DNA of 63,993 nucleotides, filler included, from Perkinsus olseni (Eukaryota): NCBI GenBank assembly GCA_013115125.1. It is 4 parts of 4 records of this genome, joined end to end, with 100 filler letters (N's around TTAATTAATTAA, not from the genome) between each part and the next. Parts side by side here need not be neighbours in the genome. Positions count along the whole stretch, not along the records: positions 1 to 16,838 come from JABANN010000666.1; positions 16,939 to 33,767 come from JABANN010000667.1; 2 more parts are not named here. One strand, 5' to 3'. Shown piece by piece: positions 12,575 to 25,450 of this stretch (position 1 is its first letter; each line of letters starts with the position of its first letter). The notes under the pieces were generated by a model. It saw only the letters and a program-made list of their open reading frames with translations, ran no database searches and was not told where the DNA came from. The position numbers and the translations under genes were made by a program.

Positions 12575-14476
12575 CTAGTCCTCATCGATCCTTGAGTCCA
12601 GAACTATCCGAAGGGACTGCCTGTTCTCCTCATCAATGGCAACTTCCTCCAACTCATCCGCTATCCTCTTGCAAACTTCAGCAGTACCACGCAGACAGAC
12701 CTCCGATAGAATACTCATCGCCAGTTTCACTCGCCATGAAGTCGATGGCTTGAGTAGAGTGAGGTAGTAGCAGAGCGACTCCGTGGTGGGTATCACCCTG
12801 TTAGCCCCTCTTCGACGCTTATTACTACCTACTACAAGCACTGCTCGAACAACAAGCATGTAGTATAACCTGATGATGGTAGTGTTGGTGGATGATCTGC
12901 AATGAGGTGGTCGGCTCTTAAGTAAAGGAGTGATGTGATGAGTATCGGGACGAGCTTGGATCGACAATCATGGGCCACTCTCCTGGCCTACTGAACACCA
13001 CCATTATGTAGGACATGCTACTACACGCCTATCAATAGTACTTCCCTCGATCGGCGTCGTCTAACATCCCCTTTAACCTCCTGCACTCTCGCACTTATAA
13101 CCTCCTCTATATTACAAGGGGCCACTTCCGTCACACGACCCTCACGAGGTATGAGATTATGGAGGGCCAGCCTTCCCTCGTCCTTGGTAGTCAATGCCTT
13201 GACACCCCGCTGCTGCTGCTGTCGTGTCTGAGGCTAGAGAGTACCCGCTACAGCCAATGATGGCCATGCCGTGACGCACTTTCCTAGACTGTGCCACAGT
13301 GGTCCTAGCTCGGTCCATGAGGTCCCTTCTAAGCTTGACCATCTCTTGTCTAACCCCACGGGCAGCCATCTCCATTGCTTCACCAATCGCCTGGTAGGTA
13401 TACTGTATGATTGAGTTACGTAGGAGGAGCGACCTCAGGATCTGCAGCATCCTCATCCTCCGCCAAAGGTGTATACCAGCCTTCTAGCTCCCGCTCAATT
13501 TCCTTGACAAACCCACCTTGACTTCGATGAGGATGAGCGGAGCTAGAGGCGGTAATCTCTCCTTCCCAAGCGGGTTGATCTGTCCATAGATGATTGAATG
13601 CCCCGGCCTAATACTGGATGTGGTATAAGGTCTCTGTGCTGCTGCTAACATACAATAGGGTCCAGGACCTTCCGTCTACCATCCAAGATCAATTCTGTAC
13701 ACGACTTGTGTTCCATCGCAATCTACAAAGGCTGCCGGGTTCAAATCCCAGGCCAGGCATTAGCTGGTGACCTCCTCCAGTAGACGGTCGATGGTAGTAG
13801 CATCATGCATTGGACCATGCCCTCTTGCCGAGCCCTCTTCCTCTATACTCTTACGTATATCCGCCTGATGATGACGGTGACTGTAGAGTCTGAGCAGTTG
13901 GGGCCACTCACCATAGTGTTACTGATACTATCAGCGAGTGCTTGTATACGATCCTTTATGGCAATGACCTCATCAAAGGGCAACCTCCCCTTTAGGTTCC
14001 CTTGCCAGGTTCCATCTCCTCTGCAAGTATCGATATGACCATGGTCGCTACAGCACCACTACTCCATCATCAGCCTCCTAGCTGCTGATGGTACATCGAC
14101 AGTTAGGAAGTGCCTCAAAGATGATGTGGTCGATAGTCGCGTCTGAGGTGAATGGTCGGGGGTGTGGTTCGTACTACGGCCTCCCACCATATTCTCAGTG
14201 AACTGCCTTGTCAGCGTATCTCCACTAAGCATGAGTAACTCAGCTGTTAGTCGTTCCCTTTCTATTATCATCCTTGCTTCCCTCTCCTTCCTATTACGAT
14301 ACTCATCAAGGTGAGCGGATAAGGTAAGATACCCCCGTCGTCTGAGAAGCGTCACAGGCTATCTAGCCGCCCAACTACCTATAGTATGTTAACTTATATT
14401 CATCGACTTCCAAACGTATCTCCCGGGCCAACTCCTCGGCTGTAGTCGATGATGATGATGAGCATGACTCTGCCAT
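12575..14476 (-). CDS. Hypothetical coiled-coil protein (multi-exon)
   Basis: ATG at 14476 (MAESCSSSSSTTAEELAREIRLEVDEY), with in-frame splicing across intron 13723-13771 (DRLLEE|IAMEHK). 3' end is uncertain (13021 or 12575). Confidence 0.5.
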
Positions 14477-14846
14477 AACCAAGACAAGAGTCCTTCTTAG
14501 GATCCCGATATCTGAAGGGTCTCTCACGGCATTTTTGCGCGCGCGCCAAGATTTTTCCTCGACCTGTCAAAAAATTTCCCTTGGGTGTCAAACTTTTTTC
14601 TCGCGCAGTCAAAACCGATTTCTAGGCGAGAGAGTCATGTGTGAGCTTCAGGGAAGCAAAAGCGTAGAGCCACCGACGGCCCACCACACCGGGAAGTTCC
14701 CGGCGGGGACGACACCTTCAGTTGCACAAGGATAATCCATGATGGCTTGCGTTGTTAAATATTGTTGGCCGCGTTCTGTCCTATCGTGATTGCGCAGGAA
14801 CCTTGCTTTCTGATAAGCCCCGCTTGTCGCTCATCACGTCCCTGCT

Positions 14847-16787
14847 ATGTCTATCAAAAACACTTTATCAAAAGAGCAGCTCGACCACATCATGCAGATT
14901 CTGTCCGGTCAATTGGGGCACCAACAGCATAACGAAGAAGTGAGCGACTGGAGTGACACGCTCTTGGACGTATCGGCATTGCCTTCTAGGTCATCGTGGA
15001 CAGTGCTGCGCCTGCAGAGCCCCAAAATGTTGTTCACCCTGCTGATGATCAGGAGACATCGGCGGCTCCTGTACCTCTACGTAACAACGCCAAGTACAAG
15101 GAATATGTCGCAAGTCAACGGCTGTACTATGACTATGGCGAAGCTTTGGCGGCTTTGAACGAAGGGAGCGGCATGAGTCAGAGTGGTCGAGAGATGACTC
15201 TCTGCAACACGTATATGCGGAAGAAAACCGGTGATTACGCCATGAGGTTTAGGTGTGGGTATGCTAGGCTGGGTGGGTATCAATCTCAATGCCCGTATAC
15301 AGCCTATATTTATTGCGGCGAAGATGATACGTATACTGTGAGTTTACCAGCCATGCCACACCCTACACACCCGCGCATGGACCCATCAGCAGATGATAAG
15401 GAAAAGAGAGTTGCGATGATCGACGACATCATTCTAGACTGCGTTCGTAAAAGGGCTACAGTGGATACGACCATCAGAGAGCTGTTGCGTGAAGGACTGC
15501 TGCCGGAAACTGGGGTTGACGACAAATTCCTTGCCTACGTGTATCGCCGACGCTATAAATACAACAAGACCGTGGACCACGGAGTGCCCAAATGTGGAGA
15601 TTCCACACTTGAGTTTGAGGAGTTCTGCCTTGCCAACTCAGCAATCCCGGGGCCGGAGGAAGGCCACAAGATCTTCTGTCTGGCGCATAAGTTCTCCGAC
15701 AATGCGTATTTCGCCTATTTTTCGACGCGGCACTTGCTTGAAGTTGGAATTGGTGGTGTGAGCGCAAAAGACCTGGTCCTGGGAATGGATTTTACTTATA
15801 AATTGGCCTGGGTACCGTATCCAGTGGGCCTAATGGTGGCCCTAAGGCCACCATCTCGGGCGAGATTACTCGCAGTGGGAGTAAGCGTATTTGAAAACTC
15901 CGAAAGCATCGAGACCTTGCTCCGATCAATCCGTGCAGCTTCAATAACTTTGAACCTCGTCTTCAAGCCAGTGGCATTTGTTGGGGATGCCGCTGGCATG
16001 TTCGACAGAGGGTGGGAAAACGTAAGCTGGCGTGCCTCTAGCTGATTCCATTATTTTTAAGCCGACCACCTTCCTAGGTGTTCGGTCCAACACTGCCCAG
16101 CGGTTTGACACCTGATTGTCGGTGGCCAGAGCCAAAAACGACGGTGACGGGAACTGGCTCGCAGACACTGCGAATTTTCTGCTTCATCCACATGTGGAGA
16201 AATGTGGAGAGGAAAGCTAGAGCCCTGCTTGACGATCAGTCCAAGGCGTCATTCAAGCGCGGGGTATTCCTTCTGCAACGTATTGGGGGTCATTCACTCT
16301 TCGCGGTTGGTGTCGATCTCTTTCGGCAAGAATGGGAAGAGGAAGAACCCGTATTGTGGCGGTATTTCTCATCTCAATGGCTTCATCGGAGGGTAACATG
16401 GAATAGATTTTGCTGGGAGATGAACCCCTTCTTGGGGCGCCATAATAATTCACTTGAAGCCCTTAATGCTGCTCTGCGCCACCGTAAGCTTTCCTCTGCG
16501 TCAGAACGACTCGTGCCATGCCTTCATCTCTCTCAGGCCGTATCAAGCAAGAAGCCAAATTGAGTAAATTAGTAGAACAACTATGCGTGGCGTGCCGTAC
16601 GTATTCTACAAGAACCTACGAGCCTGCTGCTGAGCAATCTCCAAACGCTCAAGCTCCCATACCTATACCCACGCGGAGCCAGCTGCTCGCGGCAGGCCGG
16701 TGGTGCCGCAGCAAGAGTGCTCAGCATATTTATTACGACAAGAGTAAGGATCGATATGTTGTAGTATCTAGCAACACTCGCAGCTGA
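14847..16787 (+). mobile_element. Mutator-like (MULE) DDE transposase gene, intron-containing, runs toward an assembly gap
   Basis: Motifs GMDFTYKL (D1), FVGDAA (D2), FCFIHMWRN (CxxH) and HNNSLEALN (E), plus an N-terminal FRC..CP..H.H Zn-finger-like segment. Intron 16022-16077 joins the two main ORFs. Confidence 0.88.
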
Positions 16788-17405
16788 GCTGCTAGAAGTG
16801 TAACACAAGATCCGGAGATATTGGGCTGCGATGGAGAGNNNNNNNNNNNNNNNNNNNNNNNNNNNNNNNNNNNNNNNNNNNNTTAATTAATTAANNNNNN
16901 NNNNNNNNNNNNNNNNNNNNNNNNNNNNNNNNNNNNNNTCGTACACAAAAGGGGACAGGATTACGTGCGGTCGGTATGCGTGCCATTATAGCTACGCCTC
17001 CTGGCACCACAAATACGACACTAGACTATTGGAGGGAGGAAGGAGGGAAAGGCGCCGGACTACTCCAGAATCTTCTTCCTCAACCTCAGGCTCGACGACG
17101 CCATCTCGAGCGAAGTTAAGCCTCCCGGGAGAAACCCAGCAGCTACGATAACGCGACAAAGGGTGATTCGGAATCCCTTCATGAGCTTAGCCCATCACAT
17201 CGATGACTCTTCTCCAATTCTTGTATGCGTTTTCTCATGCTCTGCACTTCCGTTGTCAGCTCCCCTCTCTGACGCTGTAAAGACCGACCTAGGCGAAACA
17301 TCTCGTGGAATTCATAATGTGAACATTCTACAGTCGCTACAAAATGAACATGCCAATTAGTATATAAGTCACCAGATATTATTATTGCATGTAAATTTAG
17401 TTCAC

Positions 17406-17613
17406 AGGGAATACCAACCCGAACAATTTTTAGGGAATACCAACCCGAACAATTTTTAGGGAATACCAACCCGAACAATTTTTAGGGAATACCAACCCGA
17501 ACAGTTTTTAGGGAATATCAACCCGAACACTTTTTAGGGAATATCAACCCGAACAGTTTTTAGGGAATATCAACCCGAACAGTTTTTAGGGAATATCAAC
17601 CCGAACAGGTATT
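17406..17613 (+). repeat. 26-bp minisatellite x8 (AGGGAATAYCAACCCGAACARTTTTT)
   Basis: Units start every 26 nt from 17406 to 17588. Confidence 0.95.
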
Positions 17614-17862
17614 AGGGATTATCAGCATGATACTAAATTGGGATTATAGTAATCATTACTAATAGTTTACTAAACTATCACTATTATACTGATACTCTCT
17701 AACCTGAATCAGTCAGCATCGAGTGGGCGGACGGGAATGAAATGTGACTCTCAGAGATTCTCCACGCTTATTTAGGATTTGCCGAGGAGTAGATGGAGAC
17801 GCGCACGGCCGGGGAGAGTGCGTTTCTACATCTTCTAGTTTCAAAAAAGCTGATATATATCA

Positions 17863-20800
17863 TCATATAGGTAACACCAATTGATAATATTCATCACCTT
17901 TCTGCCGTTTGACAGTACCAATTTGGTACCAGTTGATATATACCATGAAACGCCCGACAAAGATGCTTCCCAAAATCGAACGATCACTGCCCAGGCGAGT
18001 CGATGATAAATTGGCAGGGACGGTGGCAAATGCCTTACTCAAATTTTCCAGTGATTCTCGCTGGCTGGTCTCCTTCCGCAGCTTCTGTTCCAGCTGCCCA
18101 CGATCTCGCTTGAGCTGGTCCACTTCGGACCTGAAAGCCTAGATTACGACGCCACTTCGCCATCCGTAGGTCGACGATGTCAGCGACAGTCCCTCTACGG
18201 AACAACCCGAGTAAAGAGATGAAAAAGGCCCTAGCCTTGCCGCAAGGCCCTTGCGCCATGTAATGCGGGTAGTCGTAAAGTCCAAGCTATCTGTGGGTGC
18301 GGTATGGTCCGAGACTCAGCGCCTCGGAGCAGGAGGGGGCGCCAGTCCGGCCTGTCCAGGGTTGTCTCCGGATCACACCATCGCAGATGGCGGAGGCGAA
18401 CCGCCGAGCGAAGAAATTTTGCACCTTCTGATGCTTAGGATTCCGTGGGGCAGAGGGGGTCGAGAATGGAGGCACAGGAGAATTTGAGGTGAACATGAGT
18501 TGGCTGTCATGCCGACAGTGTCGGTTCGCCGAGCCAGCGCTCCTGAGCGTTGGTCCGGATACTTGCACAGCACGATGATGCTGCTCCATGTGGACATGCT
18601 ACTCGTAGTAACAATATTCCGCAGGGAGCCATAATAGCTCGAATAGTTCAGCTATTCAAGCTGCATCACATGGATTGCCGTCTAGGACCACGACGGCATC
18701 GCCCTGACTCACTTTAATTTCTTGAGCGCCTCGGTTGACCTGCCGAATATCCCGCCCATCTCATCCAGCTTAGCGCTGTACTCCTCTATCTCCTCCCGCT
18801 GCTTCTTGACACATGACATCAACGAGTCCCGCTGAACAGAAGAGGCATCATAGCATTCCATGACAACGACTGTCATATTGGTACGCGAGTTTCCAGCGCT
18901 AGATGCGCGCAACACTGTCAGCCAACTCGTAATGTTCCGACCTCACGGTTGGAGCACTCGGAGACAAGATCGCACTATCGGAGACATAACAGTCCTGAGT
19001 TTCGGAGCGGTTCACAACTCGCATCGTCATGGAGTATGATTGCCTGCAGACCTCTAGTAGAGGTCCTAGTAGGTGTGTTGTAGAGGTCCTCTACAACACC
19101 TCCGTGTAGGATCCCGTGTAGCACACGGGATCCAAAACATCCGAAAAGAAGTTCAATATGATTTTTCTCATCGAAACCTAAGCCTTGCTTTCCACCGTCG
19201 TCTGACGCCTTGCATGCGGTAGCAGAGCACGCCTCACCTCCCCACACAGCTTCTTGATGGCCTCACTCTGCTCCTGGTGTGTGTTCTTATACTGCTCCAA
19301 CAACTCGCCCATCACCCGCTGTTTGGTCTCAGTCTCATTCCTCTGCTCAGTGACATCCTCGAGGAATCCCTTCAACTTCTGACGAAGCCTGACAACGATG
19401 ATTACAATTGTTCCTTTCAGCCCGTTCGAGTCTTTCGAGCGCTTCCGGGAGCACTTGATGAATGAAACTTTGACTAACACGTGGCGACGCAAAAATCATG
19501 ATTTTCGGAAAAACAGCAGATGATCGAAACTTGATTGTCTATGAGTACTATGTGTAACGGAAAAGATGCCACATGATGGAAGAGCACCTTCGTGACGCAG
19601 GCGCTCTCCCAGTATCGGAAGTCGATGATCGGATGTCGAGGCTCCGCTGTAATCGAACTCACATCACATTTTCCTCCTCAGTCTTCTTCCTCTCAGTTTC
19701 CATATCCGCGCATTCCTTCTTAAAGTCACCCATGACCTCAGTGATCGTTCTTTGCATATTCTCCTGTTTCTCTTCCACTCCTACAGTAACAGCGGAAAGC
19801 AGCACGTCTACGATATTCATCCGAGAGAACAACGGATGGTCGCCCAGTACTCACGAATCGTCTACCCTCGGCGGACTGAGTTCGCTCACGAAGTGACTAG
19901 CACGCCACGGGAGCGCGCCCTATATCTTACTCGCCGTTTCATCACTCCCCCGTTGCCGTGAGGTAGTATAGACGGCTGCAGTTCTCAACAACATTTGTTT
20001 TTTATTCAAGTGATATACATCATGATGAATCGGCAGATATCACAGATTATTTACTTCATGATCTGTACGCACTGTCATCATCAATGTGTCACTTCATCAT
20101 ACGATCAATACCACACTATCGTGATCACAGAGATGACGCGCTGGTCGTAGCACAACGACACCGACCACCGTATATTGTGTGTCTCAGTTTCAAGCCCGAC
20201 GCCTTAGCCGGCTTAGTTTGACTTGATGCCGGTGCGATAGAAACTTGACGGTGAGCTCTGAGTTGCGTTACTCAGCTAGTCTGAATGCTGCCAAGAGGAG
20301 CAGAAGGAACCATACATTGTCAACCATCGTTTGCCGTGAATCATGCGAGTTCAAATTTTCATCTGATAAATTTACTTCTATCATGATATACACGTTACCG
20401 TAGTAATTGTGTAATACCGTCACACTAGCTATCCCATTGATCATGTTGAGATGCTTGGGATAATCCCAAGCATCTCAACATAATCTTGTGGTCCTCTCAC
20501 TCTACGGGCTAATACCGTACGGTTAAGGCAGCTGATTGAACGACCCTCCACGTCTCTGCCTACCCTCACTGATCATCTTGGCCTCTTCCCTGACCTTCTT
20601 GTTTTCCTCCTGCAGCGCCTTGCACAGCTTCTCGAGTTTCTCGTTCATCACCGTCACCTTAGCCAAGTCTTGCACGACTAAGGGGAAGAAAGTGCTAGGT
20701 TTATGTCTCTAGCCCCATGATGGGACTCCTATCTTGCTTCAATAGGAAGCTACGACTAAAAGACTAAACCTCAGATAACAGAAAGACAGTGAATGAAAAA

Positions 20801-21061
20801 AGGATGGGTTCCAGAGGCTTGAGTGTTGTGCTCTCAATCAGCCGGTCTCCAACAAAAGCTTGGACGAATGGGTGGGAACAGAGAGCTTCGTACTCTCCTC
20901 GTAGTGAGTCTCGAAGGCCGTAACAATCAAGCGGCGGTGAACAGCTCCCCTCAGATCGATCTACATTTGTCCTTGATGGCCCTCTCCTCACTATACAGCT
21001 TCTCAGCCCTATCTTGCTCTCTTACAGCTTCCTCCACGATCTTCCACAACTTCTCACCTAC
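17863..21061 (-). CDS. Taxilin-family coiled-coil protein (multi-exon, long introns; 5' end probably near 22.1-22.6 kb)
   Basis: Exons NEKLEKLCKALQEENKKVREE, EEENVM|LRQKLKGFLE, EEYSAKLDEMGGIFGRSTEALKKLK and RESLENLSK follow the taxilin pattern. Confidence 0.6.
20443..20481. repeat. Perfect 19-bp inverted repeat with 1-nt spacer
   Basis: ATGTTGAGATGCTTGGGAT-A-ATCCCAAGCATCTCAACAT. Confidence 0.95.
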
Positions 21062-22763
21062 AACACACACCAGAGGTCAAGAAGGAACCTCCCGTCGAGT
21101 CCCATGCCCAGGAGCCATCCTGAAAATTTTCACCATCATAATATGTGTACGCTGAGTCAGACACTTCAGCAGTTTATCATGCCACTGCGAGACTCTTCTC
21201 CCAGAGCGCAATTCTCCTTTACTCCCTCTGCTACTCGGTTTCAGGAGACGCGGATGGGGACAATATTCTGCGCGTTTCAACGCGTACTGGCCGCAGTTCA
21301 CAGACAAAAAGCACAATGCGGTCATCTGTCATCCTGAGCCATTGCCGGCAAAGGTAAAAGCCCAATGAGCGAGCATATTCAGAACTATGCCCAAGACCGC
21401 GTCGATTCCAGCTTAGTGTATCGGAATCCTGTTCCCATCGAACTGACCAGCACACCTCCACACGAACCGAATGACGGTCTAAGCCACTCATAGACAGCTT
21501 TCGAGAAGCGAACTTTCCCTCGAGCGTAATAATTGTCGAGAAACAAAACAACAGAACGCAGCCGAATTTCAATTCCTGTGCATCATGAAACGGGGCTGTC
21601 TCGATGTCCCGTAAACGAAGTATCATCCTTCCCGACCTATCGCGACGTTGGAGGGTCCTGTGAGTTTCTCTTTCGTCCTCTCAGCGCTCTTCAGCAGCTT
21701 CCGATGGCACCTCGCCATAGAAGGCAGATCGTTACTGTCAACTGGCTGGGCTCCGGTCGACTCTGTCATTATCGCTCTCGCAACCCTGCCGAACACAGGT
21801 GAAGCCCGAGCCACCCCGATCGACAAGAAATGAATTCGCTCAGATTTCCTGTGAGAGATGAGATCAGTTTCGCGGGAATTTGCTCAAGTACGGCCTTCCA
21901 AGCAACGCATCGGATTACACTACGTCTCGATCGCTACAGAAAGCCCCTAACTGAGTACATCGGCGAGAGTCTGAGTTGGCACCGGCATTGGACCATGAAC
22001 TCACACACGCGACCTTTCAGTCTGTTACGAAGTTCTATGCAACGTACCAGCGATACTCAAATCGACGAGCAATACTGTAGTGAGCAGCCAGTCCCTCTCT
22101 TTGTCGCTGATGAGGTAGCCTCGCCTACCGCCCCTCCTCAGAAAATGGCAGCAGTGTGGACTCTACAGTCAACAGAATAAGACCACAGTATTTAGTTCTC
22201 CACCATCCATCCCCCAGCAAGAACAAGCTTAAAACGGAATACAAGCGTGTCAATAGAATCGCGCTGGGAATCCTTACGTTTGATTGAATCAAATTGGTTC
22301 AGCTCCCACAACACGCACAGCACGATTACCGGCGTTCAAGCAGTCAGCAACTCAACCACATGATCGATACGGGTCAGCCGGGGATCGACGCCCCGGGTAT
22401 CTTGCCTTCGCCAAGTCCCACCGCTACCCGAAAGCAGTGATTTACAACAGAAGCACGAACACGACTGGAAGGCAGAAACATCATCATCATCATCATCATC
22501 ATGGCCATCACACGAGCATTCAATAGTCCTGCACCATCGCCTCGTCGACCAGCTTCTCTCGGCGCAGCTCCTCTGCCTTGCTGTAGGCCTCGTAGCGCGA
22601 CAACTTAAAAAACAACGGTAACCACAGTACCATCTTTTCGGGAAATTATACGCCAAGAAAAATCACAAGATCCGCAAAATCCCACCCTCCCCCGACAGAA
22701 TAAATCACATACATGAGCGGCGAATGAAACTTCGTCGGTTACGCAAGAATAGAGTTGGGCAAC

Positions 22764-22995
22764 CGTACTGGGGTCGAGGAAAGTACGGTACGCAGTACGT
22801 TTCAAACTGTCAACCTAGTACGGGTACGGAGACCTAGTACGTATTAAATATATTAAATAACGCATACGTGTATTAAATTACGCCGTACTTCGAGTACGGC
22901 GTACTAGTACGGTGCTTGGGAACCGCTGCGATGGGTAGTACGGTTAGTACGGAGCCGTACCCGAACCCATACCGTACTAGACCGTACCCGTACTG
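22764..22995. repeat. Cluster of GTACGG/CCGTAC short repeats in both orientations
   Basis: About ten GTACGG/CCGTAC copies and further GTAC cores in about 230 bp. Confidence 0.75.
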
Positions 22996-23301
22996 TCGCC
23001 CACCTCTACGCAAGAAGCACTTTCTTCGCTGTGCGTGTCGCTCTCTACTTACATCTTTTCGAATGAGCTTCTTTCCCGCATGCAGCCTCTTCTTCCTGTA
23101 CGGCCGCATGTCCTTGATGCACTTCAAGACTGGCGCGGGCAGCTTGGTGATACCGTAATTATCGTCGAAGAAGTGACTGGTATGGATAACACCTGAAGGG
23201 GANNNNNNNNNNNNNNNNNNNNNNNNNNNNNNNNNNNNNNNNNNNNNNNNNNNNNNNNNNNNNNNNNNNNNNNNNNNNNNNNNNNNNNNNNNNNNNNNNN
23301 N

Positions 23302-23530
23302 AGGAAATGGTACAAAGAAGAGAAGGAAATGGTACAAAGAAAAGAAGGAAATGGTACAAAGAAGAGAAGGAAATGATACAAAGAAAAGAAGGAAATGGTA
23401 CAAAGAAGAGAAGGAAATGGTACAAAGAAGAGAAGGAAATGGTACAAAGAAAAGAAGGAAATGGTACAAAGAAGAGAAGGAAATGGTACAAAGAAAAGAA
23501 GGAAATGGTACAAAGAAAAGAAAGGAAGGA
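23302..23530 (+). repeat. 22-bp satellite (AGGAAATGGTACAAAGAARAGA) about x10, truncated by gap
   Basis: Directly visible tandem units abutting the N run. Confidence 0.95.
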
Positions 23531-24976
23531 AATGCAATTTGAATGATAGGGTGATAATAATACTTGATAGCACTGTAACATAATAAATATCACTATGAGT
23601 ATACGTATCCCTATAATATCCCATCAATAAAATAATCCCATGAATATATTAGTGCATATCATACTCAAGTTTGTGCCTCAAACACGTGTATGTGCTGAAT
23701 ATGACTGATTTTAGTGATTTGCATATCGAATTAGAACACCTAGTATATCCTATCTTATACTATATAAAATAAGATAATCAATACCAAGTTGATGATATAA
23801 TATACAGAAATACCGTACTTACAGCACCATACAGAGGGTAATAAGTCTAAGACATGCCTGGTGCAAAGCCTGAACATCAAGACCTGTGATTCACAGGCTG
23901 TGAACGCCGCCGAACCACCGTCGTCACTCGCAATCCTTCACCTACTCCCGTATACCGATTTCAACTCTATGGGAAGTTCGCACCGTGACGATCATCGAAC
24001 GCCGCGCAATGACTGCGATACGTGGCATATGAAGTAATTGGAATGTTCCTCCCGCTCCGCTACGACCATTAAGTTCACATCGCGGGTTCACGACAGAAAC
24101 GGCTAGAAGATTTCGCTCGTGTCCGATGAATATCTAAGACTAGTCAAATGTTTGACGATGAGACTATACCGGTATAATGGTATAGTCGGATTGTATATGC
24201 GCTGAAAGTTTCAGTCCCGTCCCTGTCGCGTCTCTCTCCAGTGTCGGTTAATCAAGCAACAACCGAGGACATGGCCTGCTGTAGCGGTTCATCTCCTCGC
24301 TCCAGTAATATGCTATGACTGACTCTATAATAAGCAGAGTAATATACTATATAATAATATGACGAATATGACTTTTATTATATAATAAACTATAATAAGC
24401 CTGATAATAAGCTATGATTGCTCAGTCTGCACTGAGCAAAATCGTTGATGGCAGTGGACGAAAGATAGAATTCCGCACATCAATGCTCGGGCGCTGTGCT
24501 GTGAATAAGTCAACTGAAGTGATTCATCAACGGGCTACATAAGTGAATGACATGGAACGCTCGCTGAGCGTTTCAAGCCGCTCACTGATGACTCGCAAAG
24601 GAAAAGATATCAACTCGACTACCATGGACCAGTGGCCCGGCCTTACCAGATGTATTGTGCTGCTGCTCGACCCATTTCCGAAAGTACGACAAGGCATTGA
24701 CATCACCACCCAGCTCTCCTTGGGCAAACTTCTCACGCACCTACACCGAAGTCCCGAAGCAGTACGAGCGCCAATGACGAGTACAACTGTTTGGCTCGAA
24801 ATTCGGGTATCTTTTACGCCTGAGAGTGGACACTGGAAACTCTCAGAGGAAAAGCTATCGACCGCCCGGTGATATCCGCAACCCGGCTCAATACGACTTT
24901 GACGAATCTATCAATGGTCACCGAGCTCGAAAAAGAGACGCGGCGGAAGACGCGGCTGACCATGAGGAGTCCAACG

Positions 24977-25450
24977 GCTCTGCTTACCCTTATCCATCCC
25001 TTGAGGTAAAGATCATCGGCGACCTTCCAGATTTCCTTCTCGAACGGGGCCGCTGTGAATCCAAACTCGTCAGACGGGAAGTAGCCTGATATCTCAAACC
25101 TGAACAGGATCAGCAGCAGCAGCAGCTGGAGCTGGCTCCCTGCGAGGAGGTCCCAGGTTCGATTCCCCGTGGGACCTCCTGGACTAGTGCGGCGGTTGGT
25201 CATCAGGAGAACATCTATCATCTCGATCTACCCGGCGAAGCTTCAACTACTTTCGCATCTTGCCTTGTTCGACCTAGGATACTCCCCGACGTTCACTCTG
25301 GACCTCCTCGCGACGCCAAAATCCCCAAAATTACCCCCAGCGCACTACCGATATTTCCCCAACATCTCATGCATATCATCTTCGGCATAGTCTGTCTTGA
25401 TCTCCGGTCGTGGCTCAGGCTTCCTGTAGCGTCTATTGGACTGAAGATAC
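24977..25450 (-). CDS. Two exons of a hypothetical protein with acylphosphatase-like segment (partial model)
   Basis: Splicing out intron 25100-25348 gives ..HEMLGKY R|FEISGYF..IWKVADDLYLKGWIR, resembling the acylphosphatase F-E-x-x-G..L-x-L-x-G-W-V pattern. Confidence 0.45.

Noticed and set aside
16839-16938. TTAATTAATTAA embedded in N runs (also near 33.8 kb and 50.7 kb)
   Set aside because: Artificial scaffolding linker with stops in all frames, not biology.
14517-17181. TGAAGGG / CCCTTCA as MULE terminal inverted repeats
   Set aside because: Only 7 bp match, across a gap and with no TSD.
17406-17613. Possible CRISPR array
   Set aside because: Contiguous units without unique spacers, no cas genes, and a eukaryotic context.
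22873-23627. ORFs with repeated FFVPFPSLLCTIS / MVQRREGNGTKK peptides
   Set aside because: Translations of the 22-bp satellite spanning an N gap.
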